A stretch of 64,000 nt of DNA from an uncultured Bacilli bacterium (GTDB taxonomy: Bacteria > Bacillota_I > Bacilli_A > RF39 > UBA660): NCBI GenBank assembly GCA_934098375.1, contig CAKOOC010000001.1, positions 70,772 to 134,771 of the forward strand, given 5' to 3'. Position numbers and translations under genes: made by a program. Below, in pieces: positions 9,092-17,967 of the stretch. The notes beneath the pieces were generated by a model. That model searched no databases. It was not told the origin of the DNA and was given only the letters and a program-made list of their open reading frames with translations. Numbering within the stretch: position 1 is the first letter of the stretch; the number at the start of each line of letters is the position of its first letter.

Positions 9092-9112
9092 ATATAATAA
9101 ATATAGAGGTGT

Positions 9113-9670
9113 ATGATGATGAAAAAAATTTTGGTTATAGTGGTACTAGGATTAGTTATATTTTATCCTATAAAAATTCATGCTGCTAAAGGTTGCTGTT
9201 CTCATCATGGAGGAGTCAGTGGTTGCAGTAGTAGTGGAAGACAGTTATGCCGTGATGGAACAGTAAGTCCTTCATGTACGTGCCAGCCAGAAATTATTTA
9301 TGGCTGTACTGACCGAAAAGCAAAAAACTTTGATTCGAATGCTACTAGGAATGATGGCAGCTGTATTTATTATGTTTATGGATGCACAAATTCTTTAGCA
9401 AAAAATTATAACCCAAAAGCAGAAAAAGATGATGGTAGTTGTGAAATAGTAGAAACTACAAAACTAATTAAAGAAAACACCACCATTACTACAAATAAAA
9501 CATACACATCAAGCACCAAGAAAAAAACTTTTATTAAAACTACTAGTACTACTTCGAGTAAGCAAAAAAATAATGACTCTACTTCTTCAGATAATACTAT
9601 AGGCTCAATAATTGGCATAGGCACTATTGCTAGTGGTATTTACATTTATAAAAAAAGGAAACGAAACTGA
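9113..9670 (+). CDS. Cys-rich secreted/surface protein with S/T-rich stalk and C-terminal membrane anchor
   Basis: Signal peptide MMMKKILVIVVLGLVIFYPIKIHA; GCCSHHGGVSGC...CRDGTVSPSCTC; two YGCT(D/N)..AKN(F/Y)....DGSC repeats; T/S/K-rich linker; C-terminal helix + KKRKRN. Confidence 0.7.
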   Translation: MMMKKILVIVVLGLVIFYPIKIHAAKGCCSHHGGVSGCSSSGRQLCRDGTVSPSCTCQPEIIYGCTDRKAKNFDSNATRNDGSCIYYVYGCTNSLAKNYNPKAEKDDGSCEIVETTKLIKENTTITTNKTYTSSTKKKTFIKTTSTTSSKQKNNDSTSSDNTIGSIIGIGTIASGIYIYKKRKRN

Positions 9671-9720
9671 TTTATAATATTAATTTAACATGCTATACTA
9701 ATAATAGGTAAGGAGTTTAG

Positions 9721-11331
9721 ATGAAAGATAAAATATCTAATAATAAAACTTATATTTTTATATTTATAATAGTAGGCATGATTCTTATTGCGACCTTTAC
9801 TTATGCAATTTTATTTAATAATAAAAAGAATGAAAGTGTTAGTGCGATTAGCGAAATTAAAGTCTTGTCTAGTGCAAATGCATCAGAAGCAGCGGCATTG
9901 ATAAAGGCAAATACGGTAAAAGTAATAAATAAACTTAATAATACTAGTATTATTGGTACCGGCTTTTTTGATAAATCAGGGTATTTAGTTACAAATAGTC
10001 ATATTGTTGATATAAAGGGTGACATAACAATTGAGTATCCTAATGGTGAAGTGGCTGAAGCAAAATTATTTAGTAATGATATTACCTCTGATATTGCTCT
10101 TTTAACCGTAAAAAATAATGAATTAAAAGCCATGAGTTATGGCAATACGCTAAATCTAAAGGTAACTAATGACGTATATGCGGTTGGATTTCCTTATGCA
10201 TTAAATGGGGAAGCAAGCGTATCTAAAGGTGTTTTATCTGCGAGAAGAAGTGCGGGAGGAATAGAATTTTTACAGTCAGATATATCTTTAAATGCCGGAA
10301 ATTCTGGTGGCCCACTTATAAATGATAAGGGTGAACTACTAGGAATTAATACATATGCTACTGATAATGCTTCGATAGGTATGTCTATTTCTGCAGAATC
10401 TTTAAATAATATAATAAATAATTTACTTACTAAAAAGAGCGCTGAGTATTTAAAAGGTAAAAGGCCAGAAAATGCACTAAGTGTTGTTTTAAATGAAATT
10501 GGTTATATGACTGATGATATATACAATCAAAATGAAATTATAGAAAGTAATATTATAAAATCAACAACAAAAAATAGTGGAAGTAATAATGATAATAAAG
10601 GAAACGTATCTAATGGCGGTACAAAAGTTAGTACTACTACGGAATTTCGCAAAAGTCATGATTCATCCTTAGCCAAAATCATTATTGATGGATATAATAT
10701 AGACTTTTCTGCAACAAAAACTAATTATAAAGTGGAATTAAAAAATCAAGAAAGCTCTTTAAATTTGCAAGTTAATACGAATGATGTTAAAGCAAAATAT
10801 GTAATAAAGGGAAACGCTGATTTAAATGCTGGAAAAAATATGATAACAATTATAGTTACGGCTGAAGATGATACAACTACAGAATATAAAATTATTGTGG
10901 TAAAACCACTAGTAGATATTTCGAGAGCTAAAGGTATTATTCCAGGACTAGATGTACAATATAGTAGTGCTAAAAATACAAACTGTTTTAAATTGACTTG
11001 GGATTATAAAGATAGTGATGGCATTAGAGTATACACTACTGATTTAATTGATTCTACCGTATATGACAATGTAAGTTTGAATATTTATGCGGGATGGAAT
11101 GAAAGTAAAAATGTAAGTAGTTTAAGACTTTTAAAGAAATATAATTTGAATTATAGTGAAATTAAACAAAAGATAATGGAAATACCAATAAATGATATTA
11201 GATCTCTATTAACTGATTCAGATTATGAAGGTGGCATTTATGCTGGCGCTGATTTATCTTTTGAACTTATAATCAAGACAAAAAAGTATGGAATTTTTAA
11301 AGAAGTTCTTCCATGGGGACTTCCAAAATAA
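9721..11331 (+). CDS. membrane-anchored trypsin-like (S1C/HtrA-like) serine protease with cadherin-like beta-sandwich domain and unknown C-terminal domain
   Basis: N-terminal TM. Triad contexts VTNSHIV, DIALLTV and GNSGGPL. The cadherin-like domain pattern is SLAKIIIDGYNIDF...YKVEL...GKNMITIIVTAEDDTTTEYKIIV. Confidence 0.85.
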   Translation: MKDKISNNKTYIFIFIIVGMILIATFTYAILFNNKKNESVSAISEIKVLSSANASEAAALIKANTVKVINKLNNTSIIGTGFFDKSGYLVTNSHIVDIKGDITIEYPNGEVAEAKLFSNDITSDIALLTVKNNELKAMSYGNTLNLKVTNDVYAVGFPYALNGEASVSKGVLSARRSAGGIEFLQSDISLNAGNSGGPLINDKGELLGINTYATDNASIGMSISAESLNNIINNLLTKKSAEYLKGKRPENALSVVLNEIGYMTDDIYNQNEIIESNIIKSTTKNSGSNNDNKGNVSNGGTKVSTTTEFRKSHDSSLAKIIIDGYNIDFSATKTNYKVELKNQESSLNLQVNTNDVKAKYVIKGNADLNAGKNMITIIVTAEDDTTTEYKIIVVKPLVDISRAKGIIPGLDVQYSSAKNTNCFKLTWDYKDSDGIRVYTTDLIDSTVYDNVSLNIYAGWNESKNVSSLRLLKKYNLNYSEIKQKIMEIPINDIRSLLTDSDYEGGIYAGADLSFELIIKTKKYGIFKEVLPWGLPK

Positions 11332-11487
11332 ACTAAGGATAAACCTTGTTTTAAGTAACTCAATAGTACTTTGAACAGGTTTTTTCTTTGCTTTAAACTA
11401 ATTGTTTAATAAATTAAACTTAATATATGTAGGTAGTTTTAATAATTTATGATAGTTTATTTTCAGAGAAAGGAGATTAAAAAATTT

Positions 11488-12201
11488 ATGAAAAAGAATA
11501 TAGGATTAATGATGGGAGTACTAGTATTTTTGGTATTAATAGGATTAATTTGCGCTTTACTTTATAAAGATAACAATAAATATATAGAACAAGAACTTCC
11601 AAAACCAGAACTATCGGAAGGTTTAAGGGGTAAATACGGAATTGACAAAAATATTAATGAGGCAACTATTGATAATTATTTAAATCGATCAGATACGGTT
11701 TATCGTGATGTGCGTATGCTTGTTGATACAGCAACTTGGGAAAATAAAGGTGGAGACAGATATTTAACTGGATATATTAAGGGATTTGAAGTAATTCCTT
11801 CACCATATTTGGCAAGTTATACTGATGCTTACATCAAGCAAAAAGAAAAGGAAAATGTTAGTGGTTTATATACAGGCGATACTTTATTTACCTTAAATGA
11901 TGATGGAAGTTATACTGCCAATTATGAAGAATCCATGGATATTTTAGAAGCGGTTTTCCCTAAGGATAAGAATATTTTTATTATATGTGGAGCTGGCGGG
12001 TATGCAGGTCAAGTTAAAGATATGTTAGTTTCACTAGGCTGGGATGAAAATAAAGTTAGAGATATTGGTGGTTACTGGTATTATAAGGGACAAAATTCTA
12101 TTCAAGTAAAAGAAACAAAAAATGGAAAAGATTATTATAATTTTAGTAAAGTTCCTTATTACAATATAGATTTTAAATCATTACATAAAGTAAACAAATG
12201 A
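11488..12201 (+). CDS. membrane-anchored (extracytoplasmic) rhodanese-like domain protein
   Basis: ATG 11488 after AAAGGAG. N-terminal TM. Rhodanese layout: ...VYRDVRML..., IKGFEVIP, active-site-loop-like IFIICGAGGYAGQ, LGWD..VRDIGGYWYY. Confidence 0.6.
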   Translation: MKKNIGLMMGVLVFLVLIGLICALLYKDNNKYIEQELPKPELSEGLRGKYGIDKNINEATIDNYLNRSDTVYRDVRMLVDTATWENKGGDRYLTGYIKGFEVIPSPYLASYTDAYIKQKEKENVSGLYTGDTLFTLNDDGSYTANYEESMDILEAVFPKDKNIFIICGAGGYAGQVKDMLVSLGWDENKVRDIGGYWYYKGQNSIQVKETKNGKDYYNFSKVPYYNIDFKSLHKVNK

Positions 12202-12635
12202 AAAAAATAGTTTTAATTTTACTAGCAATTTTTACATTAATGGGATGTAGTAATAAGGAAAATAAATTTTATTTAGATGATGAATATTATGGTAAGGGCA
12301 AACTGGTAAGTATAAAAGCTGAGGATATTAACTCTTTAGAAGATAAAACTTATATTGTTTTTATTTATAATAACTATTGTAATTTACCAATACCATGTGA
12401 AGATATTTTTAAGGAAGTGGCAAAAGATAATGATTTGATTTTTTATACTTTGTCATATGAAGAAATGCAAAATACTTTTTTCAAAGAAAAAATTCAATAT
12501 GCTCCTTCAGTTGTGATAGTGCATAAAGGAGAAATTATTGACTATTTAGATGCTAATAGCGATGATGATTATGATAAATATCAGGATAAAAAGGCATTTC
12601 TAAACTGGCTTAAAAACTATGTTTATTTGAAATAA
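12198..12635 (+). CDS. lipoprotein with thioredoxin-like fold (atypical C-x5-C)
   Basis: ATGA overlap with the upstream stop. Lipobox LMGC. Thioredoxin-like order: IVFIYNNYCNLPIPCEDIF...APSVVIVHKGEIIDYL. Confidence 0.55.
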   Translation: MKKIVLILLAIFTLMGCSNKENKFYLDDEYYGKGKLVSIKAEDINSLEDKTYIVFIYNNYCNLPIPCEDIFKEVAKDNDLIFYTLSYEEMQNTFFKEKIQYAPSVVIVHKGEIIDYLDANSDDDYDKYQDKKAFLNWLKNYVYLK

Positions 12636-12751
12636 AAAAATATTTAAAGATGTAAGCGTTAAAAAGTTTACATTTTTTATATGTATTCTTTTCTTTTTAG
12701 AATTTCTATTAGGTTATTGATTTTAATTTTAGATAAAAGTATAATGAAATT

Positions 12752-12925
12752 ATGAAAAATAAGGAATTAAAAAAGGTAATTAAAGAATTAGTATTAGATA
12801 TCATTTTTGTGTTATTTTTAATAATATTATCTTTTTATGTTTCTAAAAAAATTTACGGAAATATAAATGAAATAAATAATAATTTAGGAGAAGATAATGT
12901 TATAAACAATGATTTAAATAAATAA
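12752..12925 (+). CDS. possible 57-aa single-pass membrane peptide (below ORF-track cutoff)
   Basis: ATG 12752 to TAA 12923-12925. MKNKELKKVIKELVLDIIFVLFLIILSFYVSKK... has one hydrophobic helix. No convincing SD. Confidence 0.25.
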   Translation: MKNKELKKVIKELVLDIIFVLFLIILSFYVSKKIYGNINEINNNLGEDNVINNDLNK

Positions 12926-13438
12926 TTAATTGTTATTTTCAGGAAACAATCTTTCATAGAAAATGGTAGCAAGAGTTTCCGGACTTTCTTTGGCACCATT
13001 TAAAATCCACATTTTACTAGCGTTATATATAGCGCCACTTAAAATATATAAACGATACTTTTGAGTTATATCGTTTTTATTATTGGGATAAAAAGCAGTC
13101 ATATATTCATTTAATTTATTTTGGATTATACTGGATAGATTAGATTTTTCTAAAACGATAAATAAATCCTTATTATTATAAAAAAAATTAAATGCAAATA
13201 AGAAACGATCATAGATATCTTTTTCTTCAATGTTACTTTGTAAATATTCTTCTTTAAGTTCTTCAAAATAATCCTTTAAAATATCTTCTTTATATGTATA
13301 ATTACGATAATAAGCCATTCTAGAGACACCAGCTTTTTCAGTAATTTCCGTAATTGTGATATCTTTAAAATTTTTTTCATTCATAAGAATTAATAAAGAA
13401 TCTTTTATGCATTTTTTAATAAATTTATTTCCTTTCAA
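12926..13438 (-). CDS. TetR/AcrR-family transcriptional regulator
   Basis: N-terminal HTH FKDITITEITEKAGVSRMAYYRNY; about 170 aa; divergent from the acyl-CoA ligase gene. Confidence 0.85.
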   Translation of the reverse strand: MKGNKFIKKCIKDSLLILMNEKNFKDITITEITEKAGVSRMAYYRNYTYKEDILKDYFEELKEEYLQSNIEEKDIYDRFLFAFNFFYNNKDLFIVLEKSNLSSIIQNKLNEYMTAFYPNNKNDITQKYRLYILSGAIYNASKMWILNGAKESPETLATIFYERLFPENNN

Positions 13439-13495
13439 ACAAAAAACCTCCTTTTGTAACTTTTTTATAAAGTATCTTTTTAAATTATTTAAACT

Positions 13496-13513
13496 ATGTT
13501 ACAATTGTAACAT
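13496..13513. promoter_or_regulatory. perfect 18-bp palindrome, candidate TetR operator in divergent promoter region
   Basis: ATGTTACAATTGTAACAT lies 25 nt upstream of ATG 13538 and 58 nt from the TetR start. Confidence 0.5.
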
Positions 13514-13537
13514 ACAATGTGAAAGAAAGGTATATTT

Positions 13538-15274
13538 ATGGGTGTAGTTAATCAATATATTGATAAATTAATGGATTTTATAAAAAATAAAACTATTGAT
13601 CCAGAAAAAGCTTGGTTAAAATATTATAATAAAATGCCTGAACATTTAAGTTATAGTCAGGGTAGTATTTATGACGCGCTAAAAAATGCCGCAAGTTTAT
13701 ATCCTAAGAATATTGCTTATAGATATTTTGGATATGAAGTTTCTTATAGAGGTTTTTTAAAGAAAATAGATAAGATTGCTAGTTGTTTAAAGCAGTTTGA
13801 TATAGTAGAAAACGAATGTGTAACAATGTGTTTACCTAATTCGCCGGAATCTTTTGCGCTTTTTTATGCCATTAATAAGATAGGGGCAATAGCAAATATT
13901 GTGCATCCTTTATCTTCAACGGCGGATATTGAAAGAGCATTAAAGGAAACTAATAGTTCAATTTTATTTGTTTCAGATGCAAGTATGCCTAAAGCACGAG
14001 GTATTAAAGTTAAACATTTTATAATGGTGCCTACAAGTTTTAGTTTTAAAGGTATTCTTAAATTAGGTTATAATATTAAAGAAGCAGCAAATTTAAAACT
14101 TGATGAAGGAATGATAAGTTTTAGTGATTTTTTGCTTGAAGCAACTAATGATGATGTATATGTAAAAAGAGATGGAACCGATCCGGCTGCTATTATTTAT
14201 AGTGGTGGTACGACTGGTAAACCAAAAGGAATTATAATATCAAACTTAAATTTTAATGCGATGGCCCTTCAAACGAGAACGGTTTGTGATATTATAAGTC
14301 CAGGAAATTCTGTTTTAGCGGCATTACCAATATTTCATGTGTTTGGACTTGCACTTTGCTGTCATACTTGTTTATCATCAGGAATGACTTGCATTATTGT
14401 ACCTAGACTTAATACAAAAGCGATTAATATGGAATTAAAAAAGTATAAGCCAAATGTTTATCCGGCCGTTCCTTCTTTATTAAAAATGTCTTTAGATGGC
14501 ATTTTTCCGGGAAGAGCTGCTTTTAAAGATATAAAAGTTGTTGTAGTTGGCGGTGATTATTTATCACCAAAAGTTAAGGAAGATTTTGAAGAGTTCTTAA
14601 AAAAATGTGGTAGTAATGCAGTTGTAAAAGTTGGTTATGGTTTATCAGAAGCAACTGGTTTTAGTGCTTGTACGGCAGCGATGGATGAAAAAGACGTTAT
14701 TAATGGGACTTTAGGAATACCTAATCCAGATATGGATATAAAAGTTATCGAATTAAATAGTGATGTGGAAAAAGCATATGGCGAAATTGGTGAACTTTGT
14801 ATAAGTGGTCCAACAATAATGATGGGTTATATTAATGAAAGTGAAGAAACTAAGAAAACTTTAGTATTACATAGTGATGGAAAAGTTTGGCTTCATACAG
14901 GAGACTTGGGTTATAGAGATGAAAATGGTTTATTTTTCTATAGTTCAAGATTAAAGAGAATGATAATTACTAATGGGTATAATGTATATCCGGTGGAACT
15001 AGAAGAAATTATTTCAAAGTGTGAGTATGTTAAGGCGTGCACTGTAGTTGGGGTTCCTCATAAAACAAAGGGACAAACGCCTAAAGCAGTTATTGTACTT
15101 AAAGATGGTATAGAAGAAAATATTGAAATAAGAAGTAAAATTAGAAAATATTGCAAAGAAAATTTGGCAAATTATGCGGTTCCAACAGAATTTGAATATC
15201 GAAATACTTTACCAGTAACAGCAGTGGGGAAAGTGGCATATCGCGATTTAGAAAAGAATAAAACAAAAAAATAA
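13538..15274 (+). CDS. AMP-dependent synthetase/ligase (long-chain fatty-acid--CoA ligase-like)
   Basis: AMP-binding signature YSGGTTGKPKG, then GYGLSEA, TGDLGYRDENG and a C-terminal GKV..R. Confidence 0.9.
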   Translation: MGVVNQYIDKLMDFIKNKTIDPEKAWLKYYNKMPEHLSYSQGSIYDALKNAASLYPKNIAYRYFGYEVSYRGFLKKIDKIASCLKQFDIVENECVTMCLPNSPESFALFYAINKIGAIANIVHPLSSTADIERALKETNSSILFVSDASMPKARGIKVKHFIMVPTSFSFKGILKLGYNIKEAANLKLDEGMISFSDFLLEATNDDVYVKRDGTDPAAIIYSGGTTGKPKGIIISNLNFNAMALQTRTVCDIISPGNSVLAALPIFHVFGLALCCHTCLSSGMTCIIVPRLNTKAINMELKKYKPNVYPAVPSLLKMSLDGIFPGRAAFKDIKVVVVGGDYLSPKVKEDFEEFLKKCGSNAVVKVGYGLSEATGFSACTAAMDEKDVINGTLGIPNPDMDIKVIELNSDVEKAYGEIGELCISGPTIMMGYINESEETKKTLVLHSDGKVWLHTGDLGYRDENGLFFYSSRLKRMIITNGYNVYPVELEEIISKCEYVKACTVVGVPHKTKGQTPKAVIVLKDGIEENIEIRSKIRKYCKENLANYAVPTEFEYRNTLPVTAVGKVAYRDLEKNKTKK

Positions 15275-15305
15275 AAAGTTCATTTTAATAAATGGGCTTT
15301 TTAAT
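15275..15305 (+). terminator. putative intrinsic terminator
   Basis: AAAGTTCATTT-taat-AAATGGGCTTT (two G.U pairs), followed by TTAATTTTT. Confidence 0.4.
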
Positions 15306-15392
15306 TTTTATAATATTGACTATGATTTTATGTTGTTATTCTTTTTTAAAATATTATTTTTTGATATAATTTATTAATGGTAGGTGCGGTTT

Positions 15393-17123
15393 ATGAAAGA
15401 GTTTATTGCGAATTTGAAACTAGTATGGAGATTTGCTAAATATCAAAAGAAGAATATTATAAAAACTACTATATGGAAAATAATTATGATGATAATAAGT
15501 GTTGTAGTTCCTTTGATTTCAGCAAAGATTATTGTAAATTTAACGGATAATAAAATATATCAGTGTTTGATGTTTGTAGTTTTAATGTTTGTTATGGAAA
15601 ATTTAAGAAACTTTGCAATTTATTTTTCTAATTATTTTAGTCAAGTGGTTTTTAGAGAAACAATGGTACTTATGCAAAAGTCATTGGGGGATGCAATGTT
15701 AAAATTAGAGACTAAAATTATTGATGATAATGGATCAGGTGTTTTTATTCAAAGATTAACAAATGATGTTTCACTTTTATCAGATGAATTTTCTTCAATT
15801 AATAATTATTTTGGAAATATTATTACAAACATAGGTATATTTGTGGCTATATTTGTGATAAATAAATGGATATTTTTATATTCGGTTTTGTATACGATTC
15901 TTTTGTATTATATTTTTAAGAAAAGAAATTCTTTATATAATGAAAAAATGAAAATTTATAAAAAAGAATCGGAAATTACTACCGGCTTTATTGGAGAATT
16001 AGTTAGAGGAATTAGAGATATTAAAATGCTTAATTCGGAAAAAAGTTTTTTAAATAAAATGGAAGATAATGTTGTTTCTTTAAATAATAGCGCTTATGAT
16101 ATGAATACAGTCAAAAGGAATTATACTTTGATTAGTGGTTTCACTTACGATTTTGGAGATTTCATTTTACAATTTATTATTGGATTATCTATTTTGTATG
16201 AAAAATTAACGATACCTAATGGAATTATTCTTTTTAATTATTCGGGAAGAGTTATTGATTTAGGAAGAACATTAGATAGTTTTTCTAAAGAAATAAAAGA
16301 TTTTAATTTGGCAAGTGAGAGAGTTTTTTCAATAATTGATAGTGATGATTATAAAAAAGAAGAATTTGGTAGTATTCATTTAAAGAAAGTTAATGGGGAT
16401 TTTGAATTTAAGAATGTTTCATTTGCTTATGATAAAAATAAAGTTTTAAGAAATTTAAATTTTAAAATTAATGCGAATGAAACTGTGGCTTTTGTTGGTA
16501 AAACCGGTGCAGGAAAAACGACAATATTTAGTTTATTGTGCAAAATGTATGATAATTATGAGGGCGAAATAAATATTGATAATATTGATATAAAGAAACT
16601 GGATAAAGATTCAATAAGAGGAAATATTACCATTATAAGTCAAAATCCATATATTTTTCATATGAGTATTAAAGATAATTTAAAATTGGTAAAAGGCAAT
16701 TTAACTAAAAAAGAAATGATAGAGGCGTGTAAAGCGGCTTCTTTACATGATTTTATTATGACTTTGCCTAAAAAGTACGATACTATAATTGGTGAGGGTG
16801 GTGTAAATCTTTCGGGTGGCCAAAAGCAAAGATTGGCAATTGCTAGGGCATTAGTGCAAAAAACCGAAATAATCTTATTTGATGAAGCAACAAGCGCTCT
16901 TGATAATGAGACCCAAATGCACATTCAAAAGGCAATTGAAAATATGAAAAATGAATATACGATTTTAATCATTGCTCATCGCTTATCAACAATTATAAAT
17001 GCAGATAGAATTTTATTTTTAGATAATGGAAAAATAACAGCAAGTGGCACACATAAAGAATTATTAAAAAATTGTCCTGCTTATAAAAATTTATATGAAT
17101 CAGAAATTACGAAGGATTCATAA
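15393..17123 (+). CDS. ABC exporter, fused permease/ATPase half-transporter (MsbA/multidrug type)
   Basis: Six-helix TMD followed by an NBD with GKTGAGKTT, LSGGQKQRLAIARAL, ILFDEATSALD and IAHRLST. Confidence 0.9.
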   Translation: MKEFIANLKLVWRFAKYQKKNIIKTTIWKIIMMIISVVVPLISAKIIVNLTDNKIYQCLMFVVLMFVMENLRNFAIYFSNYFSQVVFRETMVLMQKSLGDAMLKLETKIIDDNGSGVFIQRLTNDVSLLSDEFSSINNYFGNIITNIGIFVAIFVINKWIFLYSVLYTILLYYIFKKRNSLYNEKMKIYKKESEITTGFIGELVRGIRDIKMLNSEKSFLNKMEDNVVSLNNSAYDMNTVKRNYTLISGFTYDFGDFILQFIIGLSILYEKLTIPNGIILFNYSGRVIDLGRTLDSFSKEIKDFNLASERVFSIIDSDDYKKEEFGSIHLKKVNGDFEFKNVSFAYDKNKVLRNLNFKINANETVAFVGKTGAGKTTIFSLLCKMYDNYEGEINIDNIDIKKLDKDSIRGNITIISQNPYIFHMSIKDNLKLVKGNLTKKEMIEACKAASLHDFIMTLPKKYDTIIGEGGVNLSGGQKQRLAIARALVQKTEIILFDEATSALDNETQMHIQKAIENMKNEYTILIIAHRLSTIINADRILFLDNGKITASGTHKELLKNCPAYKNLYESEITKDS

Positions 17124-17161
17124 TAATTATAAAGTTACTTATAATATAATAAAGGAGTGTT

Positions 17162-17596
17162 ATGAAAAAATTTATTATATTATTAATAGTGACTTTTTTT
17201 ATTGGAGTAATTCCTTCATTACTTGTAGGTAATGATGTGACGGGTTTAATACTACCAAAGTTTTATCCACCTAAAATATTATTTCCAATAATGTGGAGTA
17301 TACTTTATTTATTAATGACAATTTCAGTATATTTAGCTACTAAAAACAGTGATGATGCCTATAAAATATACTTTATCCAGTTAATTGTAAATGCTTTTTG
17401 GACAGTAATTTTCTTTGGATTAAAATTAAGATTACTTGCTTTTCTTTGGATTATATTTTTATTCATTTTGGTTATTATCATGATAAAGAAGTTTTATAAA
17501 GAAAATAAAAACGCCGGTCTTTTACAAATTCCGTATATAATTTGGCTTTTAATAGCAATGTATTTAAATTTATCTATTTATCTATTAAATATGTAA
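17162..17596 (+). CDS. tspO: TspO/MBR (tryptophan-rich sensory protein) family membrane protein
   Basis: Five-helix 144-aa protein with PP..LFPIMWSILYLLM and LIVNAFWTVIFFGLK blocks. SD AAAGGAG. Confidence 0.8.
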   Translation: MKKFIILLIVTFFIGVIPSLLVGNDVTGLILPKFYPPKILFPIMWSILYLLMTISVYLATKNSDDAYKIYFIQLIVNAFWTVIFFGLKLRLLAFLWIIFLFILVIIMIKKFYKENKNAGLLQIPYIIWLLIAMYLNLSIYLLNM

Positions 17597-17643
17597 GTGT
17601 AATTTTAAGAAAAATACAAATAATAAAATAAAGGTGTATTAAT

Positions 17644-17967
17644 ATGAAGCAGTATTATTTTGTTATTTGTATTTTATTATTGTTTATAATTTTGAATATT
17701 AAAGAGAGTTTTGCTTATAAAAATGATAATTTAGTTATAGAACCTAAAAATGTAACTACAAAAAATCTAAGTGAGTATGTGAAAGAAAATATTAGTAGAG
17801 ATATAAATTATTTTTGTTCTTATGATGATTGCTATTTAGTTAAAGAAAAAAATATAAATAAATCGATTTCTAATTTTGAAGAAAATTATTTTAAAAGATT
17901 AAATGAAGATGATAGACTTATATTAAATGTTAAAGGAATTGCGATTACTAAAATAGTCCTTTATTAG
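17644..17967 (+). CDS. small secreted hypothetical protein
   Basis: Signal-peptide-like N-terminus ending ...KESFA-YK. No family recognised. Confidence 0.45.
   Translation: MKQYYFVICILLLFIILNIKESFAYKNDNLVIEPKNVTTKNLSEYVKENISRDINYFCSYDDCYLVKEKNINKSISNFEENYFKRLNEDDRLILNVKGIAITKIVLY

Noticed and set aside
7592-12635. Reading the FtsK-like ATPase and its downstream secreted proteins as a type VII (EssC-dependent) secretion locus.
   Set aside because: There are no WXG100-size genes and no EsaA/EssA/EssB-like membrane proteins. The ATPase has one degenerate P-loop domain plus a DNA-binding gamma domain, not the FHA-plus-multi-ATPase EssC layout. The downstream proteins have ordinary Sec signal peptides or lipoboxes.
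13356-13547. 63-aa plus-strand ORF spanning the TetR 5' end and the divergent promoter.
   Set aside because: It overlaps the TetR HTH-coding region in antisense and contains the operator and promoter. There is no SD. It is a shadow ORF.
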